Shown one piece after another: positions 24,201-36,907 of a stretch of 64,000 bases of DNA (positions within the stretch are counted from its first letter, which is position 1; every line of letters starts with the position of its first letter). This stretch comes from Azolla caroliniana (lineage: Eukaryota; Plantae; Polypodiophyta). The notes under the pieces are model-generated. The model saw only the letters and a list, made by a program, of their open reading frames with translations. It searched no databases and had not been told where the DNA came from. The stretch lies in assembly GCA_043228905.1 (NCBI GenBank), contig JBHGNT010000016.1, forward strand, positions 868,001-932,000. The letters run 5' to 3'. The position numbers and the translations under genes are program-made.

Positions 24201-25105
24201 TAAATTCAACAATGGCTTCTAGTGAATTACGAGAATATGCATCCAAATTATAGCAATGGTGAGGTGAGAAAGGCTTGTCCACCTATGAAGAAGAAGATGT
24301 CAACTATTGTTGTTATGAGAGAGATCCACAATAATTCCAATGTTGTATATGGTTGTCTTGCATAAATTAGATGGCTTCTAGTGAATTACGAGAATATGTA
24401 TGCAATAATAGCAATGGAGAGGTGAGAAAGGCGTGTCCACCTATGAAAAAGAAGATGTCAACTATTGTTGTTATGAGAGAGATCCCCTAAATTCAACAAT
24501 GGCTTCTAGTGAATTACGAGAATATGCATCCAAATTATAGCAATGGTGAGGTGAGAAAGGCTTGTCCACCTATGAAGAAGAAGATGTCAACTATTGTTGT
24601 TATGAGAGAGATCCACAATAATTCCAATGTTGTATATGGTTGTCTTGCATAAATTAGATGGCTTCTAGTGAATTACGAGAATATGTATGCAATAATAGCA
24701 ATGGAGAGGTGAGAAAGGCGTGTCCACCTATGAAAAAGAAGATGTCAACTATTGTTGTTATGAGAGAGATCCCCTAAATTCAACAATGGCTTCTAGTGAA
24801 TTACGAGAATATGCATCCAAATTATAGCAATGGTGAGGTGAGAAAGGCTTGTCCACCTATGAAGAAGAAGATGTCAACTATTGTTGTTATGAGAGAGATC
24901 CACAATAATTCCAATGTTGTATATGGTTGTCTTGCATAAATTAGATGGCTTCTAGTGAATTACGAGAATATGTATGCAATAATAGCAATGGAGAGGTGAG
25001 AAAGGCGTGTCCACCTATGAAAAAGAAGATGTCAACTATTGTTGTTATGAGAGAGATCCACAACAATTCCAATGTTGTATATGGTTGTCTTGCATAAATT
25101 AGATG
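24197..25105. repeat. Three apparently identical 287-bp tandem units, each a diverged dimer, plus a partial copy
   Basis: CCCCTAAATTCAACAATGGCTTCTAG starts at 24197, 24484 and 24771. ATGGCTTCTAGTGAATTACGAG occurs twice per unit. Confidence 0.95.
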
Positions 25106-25796
25106 AAAGAAGGGGCAAATATCTAGTGTGGTTGTCTTTATTCAAATAGACATTGATAACCAAAGGACTAGATGTTGAGTTTGACTTCATTAAAATAACA
25201 ATGAAAACAAAAAAGGTCAATTCTTTAGTAAATTAAAATGAAAATTTCCAAATTCAAGACAATTATTTAGTTGGGTAAGTCAAATAAAGGAACTTAATTG
25301 ATGCCCATTCCATCAGGCATTGTCATAAAATTGTGGACATTGGTCTAGTTTTCAAAAAGGAGGATATCAATCAAAGGATAGTATTATTGTCCACTCAATT
25401 GGGCCTTCTCACAAAAGGTGGAACTTGGTCAAAATTTACGTAGGATCTCCACTTCTTAGTTTATCTTCAACTTTTGACCAAAGAACATTGTGATGATTTT
25501 AATCTAGGCCACACTTCTCACGGGAAATTTGACAAATAGAGACTTTGATGGTAGCCATATTCAGTGTTTCATCTTTGATTCTCCTATATTTGGCCCAATT
25601 TAAGTTCTTACTATGTCTTTTATTACTACTCCTTATCAATAGGCTTCAATCCAACCATCATTTCAATTGTCATGTTCACGTAAGAGCTTTTATTGTTATC
25701 TTATTATGAAACTAACATTGTATCATCCACTTTTAGCTTTGCTTTATTTTGGAGCTTTAATATCAAAGGGATGTTTAAAATTCAAAAATTATGTAG

Positions 25797-25997
25797 CTTC
25801 CCTCTAGTTTAATATGTATTTGAAATATTAACCTCACTGAATGCTTTGAATGATTGAAAACTCAGCCTTCCCTCTAGTTTGACTATTTGAAATATTAACT
25901 TCACAGAAAGCTTTGAATGATTGAAAACTCAGCCTTCCCTCTAGTTTGACTATTTGAAATATTAACCTCAGAGAAAGCTTTGAATGATTGAAAACTC
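25797..25997. repeat. Three ~68-bp tandem copies
   Basis: CTTCCCTCTAGTTT...TATTTGAAATATTAAC.TCA...GCTTTGAATGATTGAAAACTC occurs three times. Confidence 0.9.
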
Positions 25998-26469
25998 TAC
26001 CATCAATCTCATGAGCATATATAATAAAGCTCTTAAAGCTCAATTCATTGGTTTCATGGACAAATTTCTACCATTCTCAATATTGGTTGAACTAAGAATA
26101 TTCATAATTGCTTAACGAGGAAATCAATTTTCACGTGCCCACAAATAGAATTATCAGCCATGTTCCAACCTTTCCAACATTGTAAATTAATTTCAATATG
26201 TACATTTTAAGCCTCGTACAAAACTTAAGCCAAGTTCCAAGTGACTTCAAATTATGACCCTAATTCTAAAGATGACTTTGTTAGGGAAAATATTTCAAAT
26301 ATCCCCTTATATTAAAGGTAATATTAAAACTAATACAACTAATTTTGTAAGGATCAATTGTCAAAACATAATGTAATTAAGGTTGTTCAATGATACTCCC
26401 ACAAAAAAATCAAACTCTCTTTGTCAACCCATAACTCTCTCTCTCTCTCTCTCTCGTGGTTAGTTTTCA

Positions 26470-27300
26470 TATGCCAAAACCATTTGGATGTACAATGAAA
26501 GTTAATTCGGTGCATAGGTTAACAAGAATGGTGAGGTGGCTTATGGATAAGTTGGTTTCCAAAAACACAATTAGCATTAAACAAGGTTCCCCATTGTCAC
26601 CAACTCACTTTGGTTCATGCATTGATGAGTTGGAAGTTGGAACAAATGGTTAACAAGCTTGAAAAACAAGAAGGCATCGAGCAGGTTATTGTTGAGATTT
26701 TCCTTGTCATTATTTACTTATGTCCAAATGATGTGTTTTTCGCAAATACTCCAGTAGGTGCCCAAAAGCTTATAAGCATATTGGGAAACTTTTATATGCT
26801 TAATAAGTTATATCTGAAACTAAGGTTATGCTTGTGATAACTCAAAGCAAGGAGAAACCATGTATTGTGTGCGATAATGAGCTACTTGAAACTATAGAAA
26901 TATGAAATATATCGGGGTTGCGGTTCCTTCAAAATCATAGATGGAATGAATGTGTGACACTATGCATTGGAGCGGATTGTGGTGGGGAAGTTAACAAGTT
27001 GGTTCACAATAAAACCTCTTTGACTCGTTGGTAACATTGATGCTTCTCTATGGGGGTTAAATGGTAAGGCAATAACATCCATAAGTCCACATAGAAAGAG
27101 TTTTAAATGTCAAAAAGTGTTTTCTCATAAAGTTTCAGGTTAATGGGAAAGTTACAAGTCAAGCTAGAAAGTTACAAGTCAAGCTACAACTTACAAACAT
27201 CATACATGCTCCTAATTGTTGAGGTTGGAATCTGGATCACTTCCCATTAGGATCAAGCCATGGAAAGGATTATCAAGTGCACACTTTGGGCTCAAAAAAC
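26470..27300 (+). mobile_element. LINE (non-LTR) reverse transcriptase remnant
   Basis: IKQGSPLSPTHFGSCIDELE matches the QG.PLSP motif. It is followed by a decayed LLYADD region (YLCPNDVFFANT) and a KYIG region. Many disruptions are present. Confidence 0.8.
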
Positions 27301-27746
27301 TACACCTTGATTCGTGAATACATGCTAAAGGTTGTCCCTTCATCCGCCATCTAGATAACTATTTCCATAGGTGTTAGGGCAAGGTGAGGCAAGGTCACAT
27401 TCTCTTCTATGTGAGGCAAGGTGTTAGGGCATAAGTGCAGAGAATTATCAATTAAGAAAAATTGGCCTAAGCAAGTTTGTAAGTTTTAGTATCACACTTT
27501 GATACAATGCGCTTCATTCAACCAAATTTGAGTTTGCTTTCCACATATTTTCTATCTAGTCCACTTCCTACACACATTCCTCTCACAACATTTATTAATA
27601 AAATTCTTAAATATCAAGTGTCACTACGTGATTTCATAGATGCTAGATAATAATGTCTCACTTTTTGTTTTGTATGTCATATTTGACCTATACAGACGAT
27701 AATAATAAATTTCTATATTTCTTGCCCATGCATTCACATATCACAA

Positions 27747-27780
<34 letters not shown>

Positions 27781-28132
27781 CTCTCTCTCTGTGTGTATTT
27801 CTTTTATTTTTTATTTTTTATTTTTTATTTTTTATAAATATTCACCATTGGTATTAAAATAGTCCACTATTTACAATGAATATTGCATATCTTGTTACCT
27901 TTTTCTATATCACTTGACCTACCACAAGCCTTCAAGATGCATATAAGGGTGATAATGTCTAGGGAAAGGCCCTCATTTTGCATCAACTTGAAGGAACTAA
28001 AGCTTCATGAACTTGATTATGCTTAGTATACCCAACAATGAGCACGTTCTACGAGACAATATTTCGATCAAGAAGCCCTTTGTTAGCACTTTCTCTGCTT
28101 TTGCAAGAATTCCACATTTGACATACATATAT

Positions 28133-29977
28133 CGCACCATTACGCGTACATGACACGAGTGGCGGAAGTGCATGAGCCGGAGAGCTACGCAAAAGCGGCG
28201 GAAGACACAAACTTGTGTGCTACGATGGAGGAAGAGATGCGCGCATTATCGGACAACGAGACTTGGGACCTAGTTGACGCACCTAAAGGTGTTAAGCCGA
28301 TCGGATGTAGATGGGTGTTTTAAGTGAAATACAACACCGACGGCTCGACAACCGATATAAGGCCCGTTTGGTTGCGAAAGGCTACGCGCAGAAGCACGAC
28401 GTTGATTACGACGAGACCTTCGCGCTTGTCGCGAAGATGACTACTGTGTGAGTTCTGCTAGCCGTAGCTGCGGCGAAGGGGTGGCATCTACATAAGATGG
28501 ATGTATAGAATGCGTTCCTGCAAGGTGATCTTGAGGAACATGTGTACATGGTACAACCCCCCAGATTTCTATTCGAACAAAACACTTGGGCAGACTGCGA
28601 TTGAAGAAGGCGTTATACGGCCTTAAGCAAGCCTCGCGAGCTTGGAACTCAAAGATTATGCAACGGTTGCGTAGAATGGGGTTTACAACGTCCAAACCGG
28701 ACTCCTTGTTGATCGTTCGGCAAGGTCAACATGGACTAGTTTGCTGTTTACTTTAGGTTGATGATTTAGTCACCGCAGGTGCCAACCTGGAAGAAATCGG
28801 TTGTGTAAAGTCTCAACTTGCGACATCGTTCGAAATGAAGGATCTTGGTGACCTTCATTACTTCCTCGGGATCGAAGTGATCCGTTCCCTCGAAGGCATA
28901 TATTGATCAGTCAGCGTCATTACGCGCTGAATATGCTCTTCAAGTTCGGGATGGCAGATTGTAAGCCCATCTCGACCCCTCTAGATAGAAACATAAAGCT
29001 TCGCCGAGATTCCTGGCGTATGTTCTGATGGCAGATTGCCGACATCTTCACCAAGCCCCTTGGTCTCAACAAGTTACGACATTTCTCGATTGAGCTGGGT
29101 TTGCGGCACCTTGACACGCCAAACATGAGGGGGAGACAAGAACAAGAACAAGAGCATGAAAGGAGCGGTAGTAACCGCGATGCTGAATCAGATGAAGAAT
29201 TTGATTTCGGGTCGGAAGAAGAAAACAAGGGTCGTAATCGCAAGGAAGAGTTGAAGACAGCCGAACAAAGGGGAAACAAAGCCAAGAAAGGTGTAAAGGC
29301 CAAGACTAAGACATGGTCAGACGTAGTTAAGGGCCTGAAGACAAAAGACGAATTGGAGACAACCAATTCGGGTGAAAGTGGGAATGAATCGGAAATGTTT
29401 GATTCAGATACGCCGAATCAACTAAGGGCCAAGCGGAGAAAAGGGCAGCGAAAGAGGCACCAATACCGCGACAACAAGGGAGCTGAGAAAGGCCGCATGA
29501 GCAAACGAGCCGACCGGAAGGGTCGAAGTGCGTGGAATCGGACGGGTTGAGGAGCGCGAGTGAGGCGTGAAGCCGAAGTGAAGATCCGGAAAAGCATATG
29601 GAACCTCAAGTTGAGTGGTAAAACCGTACGCAAAATATGGTCGTAGCGGTATGTAAACCGAAAGGCCGTTAGAATGTTATTCCTCTTAAGGAATAATTTT
29701 GGGGGTAAGTGTAGGATGCTCATTTATGAGCAGTCAGGTATATGTAAGTACTTGTGTCTGCTCGATAGTCAGGGCTTGTATAAAAGGTGCTCATTGAGCA
29801 CCAAGTATGTACAAGAGAACATACAGAGAATTATTTTTGAATATAGTTACGTTTTTTGCTCTCTCTCTCTCTCTCCCTCTCCTTCTCTGTGTTTTCTGTG
29901 TTTTATCGATCTGTTGTAATTCCGAACCATGTACTCAGTGTCTTACGCATACGCTTTTGCACACGTATTCTTTTACA
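28133..29977 (+). mobile_element. 5'-truncated, internally deleted Ty1/copia element (RT, RNase H end, C-terminal extension, 3' LTR)
   Basis: Motifs [58 protein letters not shown], decayed YVDD, FEMKDLGDLHYFLGIEV and QIADIFTKPL are present, with stops and frameshifts. Confidence 0.92.
29652..29977 (+). repeat. 3' LTR of the copia element
   Basis: Bounded by the perfect inverted termini TGTAAA and TTTACA, with an internal TATA (TGTATAAAAGG, ~29777) followed by a CT-rich tract. Confidence 0.7.
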
Positions 29978-32900
29978 AAACCCTTTCACGAAAATCATGA
30001 TTCTTTCTCACTCTCGCTAATGGGCAACTTTCTCCAAGCTAGAGAGAGAGAGGGATTGGGCAAAATGCATGCACATTTAAGAGGAAGACGAGGGTTTGGC
30101 CCAAGGCATTCTTGGAGAGAAGGAAAACTTGGGGGCACTTGGGGAGATAAAGAAAAAGAAAAAGAATCGGTTATCTGCTTGAGTATATTCCAGTCACTTT
30201 CTCTTCAAATTGAACTTACAATTCACGGGAAATGTCACCGGAGAAATGTCCGGGCAAAATTGCCGATGGACCAAAGGTGCGCGAAATATGTATGTAGGTA
30301 GATAGACGATGACCATGCATGGACACACCACACCCAATGTGTATGCAGTGTAATGGGTACCGAGTGTGAACGCAGCACATTATGAGATAGAGATAGAGAG
30401 AGAGAGAAAGAGAGAGTGGACGCTCCGACATGCTCCCCACACGTGACAACAAAGTCTCTCTCTCTCTCTCCCCACAGTCGCGCGCGCACACACACACACA
30501 CACAGAGCACTCGGATTCGAGGAGGAGAGAGAATTGAAGCACAGTTTTAATGGTTTCTTCAGTACATTTACAGATCTCGAAGGTCTCTCCCTCTGTCTCT
30601 CCCTATCCATCATTCTCTCTCCCTCTCGCGTTTCCCGAACTTTACACATGTTTTTTTGATGCCTTTCGCAGTGTTTATTCTCAAGGAGTGGTCCAGTTTC
30701 GTAGATTATACCGTCCAAAAGCTTGTTTCGGGCTCTGAAAGCTCCATCAGAAGAGGTAATTCTTGCCATTTTTCTTGTCTTCCCGTGGTAATATGTGCTC
30801 CAAAATATCCTTTGAAACCAAATATGTGCTCCAAAATTAAGCCTTTCCAGGTAATGGTCAATCTTGATTATCCCCGTGGTTGCTAATGTGCCATGTGATC
30901 CCACTCATAATGAGTGTTATGTAACACGTTCTCTCCAGCTAGTAGGGAATCTCCCATAATATAATTGTTGAATAAATTCAGTTCATATGAAAATTTGAAA
31001 TCCAATTTAAACTGAAAAAATAAAGATGGCAAATATGCTCATTTAACTAGAAAAGACACAAAGGAAAAACGAGAGCAAAATTACGGAGATGTCAAGTTGC
31101 CATGTGCTAATGTGCTAAATAAATCAAAGTTTATATAATTTTGATCAGAATCATTGTCAACACTCTCCCCATCGGAAACATCAATATCCTCCTCATCATG
31201 ACATTTGACATTGCTTGACTGAGAGGAGAGGTTCATTCTCAACTAGATGATCTGGCCTCTAGATGGCCATGTACCATGGAGTGGAGCTATAGACTCCTGA
31301 GCCCTCACAACTTTTCAATTTAGTTTCTTTTTTATAAAATGAAGAAAATTAATGCGTTCATTGGGAATGCTGTTTCCCTCTTCTCTCAATGTTAAAGTAA
31401 TGCACGCACTTATCTGCTCACCGTTCTTGGTGGAAAATTGAGTATAGCACTCACATTATCATGCCCGTCTAACAAGTCATCACATTTCTTGTGAATTAAC
31501 TTATATGCCTGAGCATGGGATAAGTAAGTGATATTTGTCCTCCACTAGCTTTTCATTCCATACCTTGCATATCTAAAAATGGGAAAGATTGTTTTGAAAT
31601 AAACAAAGCTAAGTCTGCAGCCATGGTTGCTATATCATATCAGATTTGAGGACAGAGAAAGGAACATATAGGATTCTAGACAGACGTTTTATCTAACTAG
31701 ATTGCCAGTGGTTGTATCTAGGCAAGATTATCCACCCATTAACTAGGATGGTAGACAAAGGCTCTCTTTCTCTCATGTCTTCTTTATATTAGTGAGAAAA
31801 ATAGCAGTTACTAGAGCTACAGGTAACAAAATTAAATTATCAACAAGCACTAACTCTCAAGAATGGCTCAAAGAATGCAACTTCTTGAGAAAACTCTAAT
31901 TCCTGAAAATTAGGAGTCATTAAAAATCATATTATTGACGTGTTTTAGAGTCGTAAGTTTAAAGTGATTATTCAACTGAAATAATGAACAACGGCAGTTC
32001 TACTTTGGTAACAAAGAAGCCCAACTTCACTATGCAAAATAGTATTGCTCACTACTTAATACTTATCCTTTTTTATTGCTTTCAATTGTTGTCAAAGAAG
32101 AAACATAAAAATGGTTGGATGTTTGGAGGGAAGTGTTTTTCCCCACAATCAGTCTTATAGAGAAAACTACAAGCACAGTGTAGATTACCTAACCATGCAC
32201 GATTGTCTTCCATACACGACACTACGTAAGAAATTCAGTTCCAACAATGTGATTCCTTGTTTAGGATGTGATTCTTGATGGAGGTCTAAGGGTGCCGGAA
32301 AATGTGGTGGATTGAGCATGTAGAAGTGTTTGAAAAAGTTGGAAAAGTAAAAAATGGAAAAGGAAAATTTTACATAGGAGGAAGAGTTGGAATATGGTGC
32401 AATAGTTTATGAGAAAGCATTGATAAGGAGACAAACTCCCAACTAATCAAAGATCATCTCAAAGCTAGATGCGAATGATTAATTCTCAATTACCTATAAA
32501 ATGCTAATTTTTCAAAGAATGAAAAGACAATGGTTATTCCTTTTCTCATTATTGCTCATACTTATCCTTATATTCCACGCGGTTCTTCTGGAGTGGGTTT
32601 GATATATTGCAAAAATTCATAGAAGCATCATAAGGTGCTTGAGAAGGAGGGTAGAATTTATGTTCTCGATTTTACTTGCATGACTCCAAAATTACATTAC
32701 TTGCCTTGCAGAGCATCATCATCTGCTTCTGATATTGCCCTATATGGATCCTGGATGAAGAGGAGCTATTCACCATACAACAGAGATCAGTACAAGCATT
32801 TAGACATGATGCCCATGCCCAAAGACCTATTTTTGGTTGCCCATGGATAGCTATTCCCTTGCATTGTATTTTGTACCACAACCTACTTAATAGTCAATTA

Positions 32901-35900
32901 TGGTATCCGACACTTTTTCATTTATCACTAGGATACTTTACATTCTCAGTCTAAGTTCTATGATTTGTTCTTTTGAATTATTATGTGACATGAGGATTGC
33001 AACGATTGTTGGTCTCATAAACTACTTTGGAATATTTGGGGATGCGAATATAATCTATCAAACTGTCCATCTATTTGTAGTCTATGCTGTTGTTCTTCTT
33101 GATATGTTATATGATTGTTGTGGGCTGCTGGAACTTGCAAGAACAGGCCTCCAGTCAAAGCTGATGGCTTGTCAATGCCTATGTTTGGTCAGAATCCACG
33201 GTTAGCAAGCTGGCTGCTGTGGTGTTTGCATGAATCTCACCCTTACAAAACACATAGATACAATGGAGCTCCGTAGAGCAGGATGCCTCCATGAGAGATC
33301 GTTGTCTCTCACACTCATAAGACTATGCAATAGATAACAAAACACCAATCGTTTTTACCTTAGTTGCAAAAAATTGCTCTTATATCACATAGTCTGAACT
33401 ACCCACTGATTACATGCTAACTTATCCCTATGATTACATAGTAATGATTATCCTTGTATCATCCTCTTCTCTCGTCTAATTCTTCTGGCCCTATATACAA
33501 ATTCCCTTTGGTTATGTGCCCTCATAAGGATTTTTTTCAATGCTTAGGAAATACAGTAATAAACAATGGAGGGCCTAACCTTATATTTATCCATAGTTCT
33601 AAGGGGCATTTGCCATCTCAAAAACAATTGAGCATTCAAAAGGCGTCTGTGTAATATCGGTTGCCTAAACATACACATAAAATTAGGAATTATGCTGAGT
33701 TGAGCACTTCAAAGGTGAGGCCCTTTGTTGCTGATAGCCAAAACCCCAACAGTCACTGATTTATCAGAAATAAAGTTCAATTCAATTTTTTATTTAAAGT
33801 TATGTATAGTTCCAGGCCCTCTGGAATTAAAAAAGTATTCCAAAAAATGATAGAACCTTATCCTGTTTTTTCTTTGTGGACTGTTATCTTTGCCAGGATG
33901 AGTGTTTTTCAGAGTCGCTTTTGATGTAGTTTACTGACTGTTCATTATGGTAGTCTTTTATTAATCCCTATCTGTTTCCTTATAATGAGTCTCTACACTA
34001 CCCCTGCTTCTTCTTAAGCTTAGGATTTTGACAGATTATCATGATTTGTTTACATCTGCAGATCAGTCTACATTTCTGACATGTTTTTCAAATAGAGACA
34101 CGAATCGCCATAACCATAGCCTTAAATTGGTTGGTGAATCAACTAATCTAAAACTATCTTTCTTTTTCTCTCCTGCATATTATTTACTGCAAAATGATTT
34201 GAAAACAATGAGGTCAAGAATAATAGTGATAGCCAAATTTATGGTTAGTTACCATTTTTGTCTAATTTTGACAATGTTAGTGGTACATCCTTTAGTAAGA
34301 TCATTTGAACTCAATTCGACCCTCGCCCTATGGCAAGGGAATTTTCGTATATAATTATGTCAGATCTTTACTGATATGTGAGATAAAATGACACTTATTA
34401 TCTGAGCACATGCTAAACATGGCATTGGGAATTGATTTTGTTTTTTGATTGTTCAAGAAAGCAAGGCCTCTCATCTCATTAATGGATCTCGTTTAGATTT
34501 TTCCTGATTCGTTTACCAATGCCAATACCCAACGAAACCCCCTTGAGGTGTGAGTCTTCCATCAAACAACATTCTGTTAAAGGGTTATTTTACTAACTAT
34601 TAAACATGATCCAAGATCTCTACATCGACCTTCTCTCATCTCACCCTTCAGTCAGTCAAAAGCAGGATGCTCGTTGAATTACAATTCCCACACCCCATAA
34701 TATTTTTGGAATTTCTCAATGATCAGAATAGACTTTTAATGCTGGATTGCCAACATGTTTGACTGTTACACGTATCTCCCTTTTTTTACCTTAATACTTC
34801 ATAATTACGTCCAGAAATTGTTTCATGTTTTCGTTTGTATGCTAATTCTTTAACAAAATCTTCTTCCAACAGAGTTCTTCCAATGTGTTAGGCATTCTGG
34901 TAGCAGATACCTTATTGCCACTTTCCTTCTCATGCTAGGATTTTGTATAGCAATGATTGCAGGGAAACTATATCATTGGCCATGTGATGCTAATCAAGAG
35001 TTTGAGGGAAGATGACTTGGGTGCTTTTTCCAAGAATAAACTCCAACAATCTTTCAATTCTCAATACCAATCTGCTTAATCTACATTCTAGGAGACTCCA
35101 ATATATTCAAAACATATTTTTATCAAACTTCCTATATTTAAGTGTTTCTACCAGTGGCAGTGACTCTCCAGAAGCAAACAGAGTTTATGAAGTTTTTTGT
35201 GACAGTTTCTACTACCAACGGAACGATGTGAAGTACTGTAAATCCATTGAAGACATTCCAACTAAGTTGCATTAACTCATAAACTAGAAAAAGATAGTAT
35301 ATTGAACAAGTTTGAATCAACATCTCAGACTTATCTCTATGATAGTTTTGTTGAGGACATGCATGCAGCAGACAATATACTGCTGGGAATGGGTTGAGGC
35401 TCATGCGAACACTGGCTCCTAGGTTGGGTTTCAGCCTTGATCATTGGCTAAGGTAGCGAGTTCTGGAAAACGGCCAAACATGCTGCCAAATTTGATGGCT
35501 AGAGGTTTAGCAAACAAGAAGTTGTCACCCAAAGCAAGGGGTAGCAAAATTCACGGAGAAGCAAAAATTCTAATGCAATAGCATTCTAGAAAGATTGTCC
35601 ATAAAGAAGTCAATTGTATCATGCTATTCATAGTGGGAAGTCTGCTTTGATGTTGCCAGAGTGCTGCCAATGCAGGATATTTATGTTGTTACTAATGTGA
35701 CAATAGGCTACTTGGTTGTATATAACTTAACCTATTCATATAAAAAGCTTGTTTTGGATGTATCCATGTATCCATTAAAAAGGTTGAGTTATATACAGAA
35801 TAATATTAATACTGTTAGTCAGATCTAATCCCATTTTCAGTAGAATGAGATGTATTATCCATCATCCTTAATAATATTGTGTTGTGTGATGCAGGAAATG

Positions 35901-35956
35901 CATGTAATATAGTTGCTGGAATTGTCTGAAGGTTTATAAGTATCTTACACTCCTCA

Positions 35957-36907
35957 ATGGAAGATCCTGGAAAGATGGAGTTGCGAAACTGGGCTAACTT
36001 TGACCAGACATATCTGAAAGATTTTTTTAGAGATTCATCAAATCCGAAGCTCTCAGAAATTATAGCTGAAAGGGACGCTGCAATTGCAGAGCGTGATAAA
36101 GCCATTGCTGAAAAGAAAAATGCATATGCCGAGCGAGATGCAGCTTTATTGCAGAGGGATGTAGCCTATGCTGATAGGAATGCAGCCTTGGTGGAGCGTG
36201 ACACTGCCATGAAAGCCCTTAGCATGATCCGAGCAAATGCAAATGACCCTGAAAGTACTGCAAAAATCATGCAGATGATGCATTTCATAGCAAACCGCCC
36301 GTCAGGAAGATCAAACTATTTGTCTACACCTAATGCTGTAAACGAATCATTCAATAACAACATGGTAGGAGTCACAAAACATAACGAAACCGGGCTAACC
36401 AAGAAACAATCAAAGGATCAGCAGGCAAAGAAAGCAAAAATTGGTACTTCCAAAAGACATAAACCTATTGATGTGCTGAACCAAGATAAGAAAGTGTTGA
36501 AGGCCTCAGGAAGGAAAAGGAAACAACATGATCCAGATGGACCGTTGGGTATTGAGAAATTCAACCATCAGGATTCATCAAGAAGTATAGTTTCATGCAT
36601 CTCTCCATATGACCTGTTGTCAACACCTGTTCCTCTCTGCTCATGTACTGGAACTAACAAAAGATGCTATAGATGGGGTAATGGTGGCTGGCAATCGGCA
36701 TGTTGTACCAAGTTTATGTCTATGTACCCACTCCCTATGCATCAGGTTAAAAGTGGATCTCGAGTTCCAGGGCGTAAAATGAGTGGTAGTGCATTTGGAA
36801 AACTATTGGAAAAATTGGCAGGCCTTGGTGTGGATATTACTAAACCTATAGACTTGAAAAACCACTGGGCAAAGCATGGCACAAATAGATATGTCACCAT
36901 TCAGTGA
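35957..36907 (+). CDS. BPC: BBR/BPC (BASIC PENTACYSTEINE) GAGA-binding transcription factor, group II-like, 316 aa
   Basis: N-terminal alanine-zipper repeats (IAERDAAIAERDKAIAEKK.AYAERD.ALLQRD.A.ADRN.ALVERD). C-terminal domain PVPLCSCTG..RCYRWGNGGWQSACCT..MSMYPLP..GRKMSGSAF.KLL..DLKNHWAKHGTNRYVTI. Confidence 0.96.
   Translation: MEDPGKMELRNWANFDQTYLKDFFRDSSNPKLSEIIAERDAAIAERDKAIAEKKNAYAERDAALLQRDVAYADRNAALVERDTAMKALSMIRANANDPESTAKIMQMMHFIANRPSGRSNYLSTPNAVNESFNNNMVGVTKHNETGLTKKQSKDQQAKKAKIGTSKRHKPIDVLNQDKKVLKASGRKRKQHDPDGPLGIEKFNHQDSSRSIVSCISPYDLLSTPVPLCSCTGTNKRCYRWGNGGWQSACCTKFMSMYPLPMHQVKSGSRVPGRKMSGSAFGKLLEKLAGLGVDITKPIDLKNHWAKHGTNRYVTIQ

Noticed and set aside
24197-25105. CRISPR-like repeat-spacer array
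   Set aside because: The intervening sequences are themselves repeated, the context is eukaryotic and there are no cas genes.
29807-30904. 164- and 174-aa ORFs after the copia LTR
   Set aside because: They span LTR and GA/CA repeats with no recognisable motif. Probably a non-coding repeat terminus that I could not classify.
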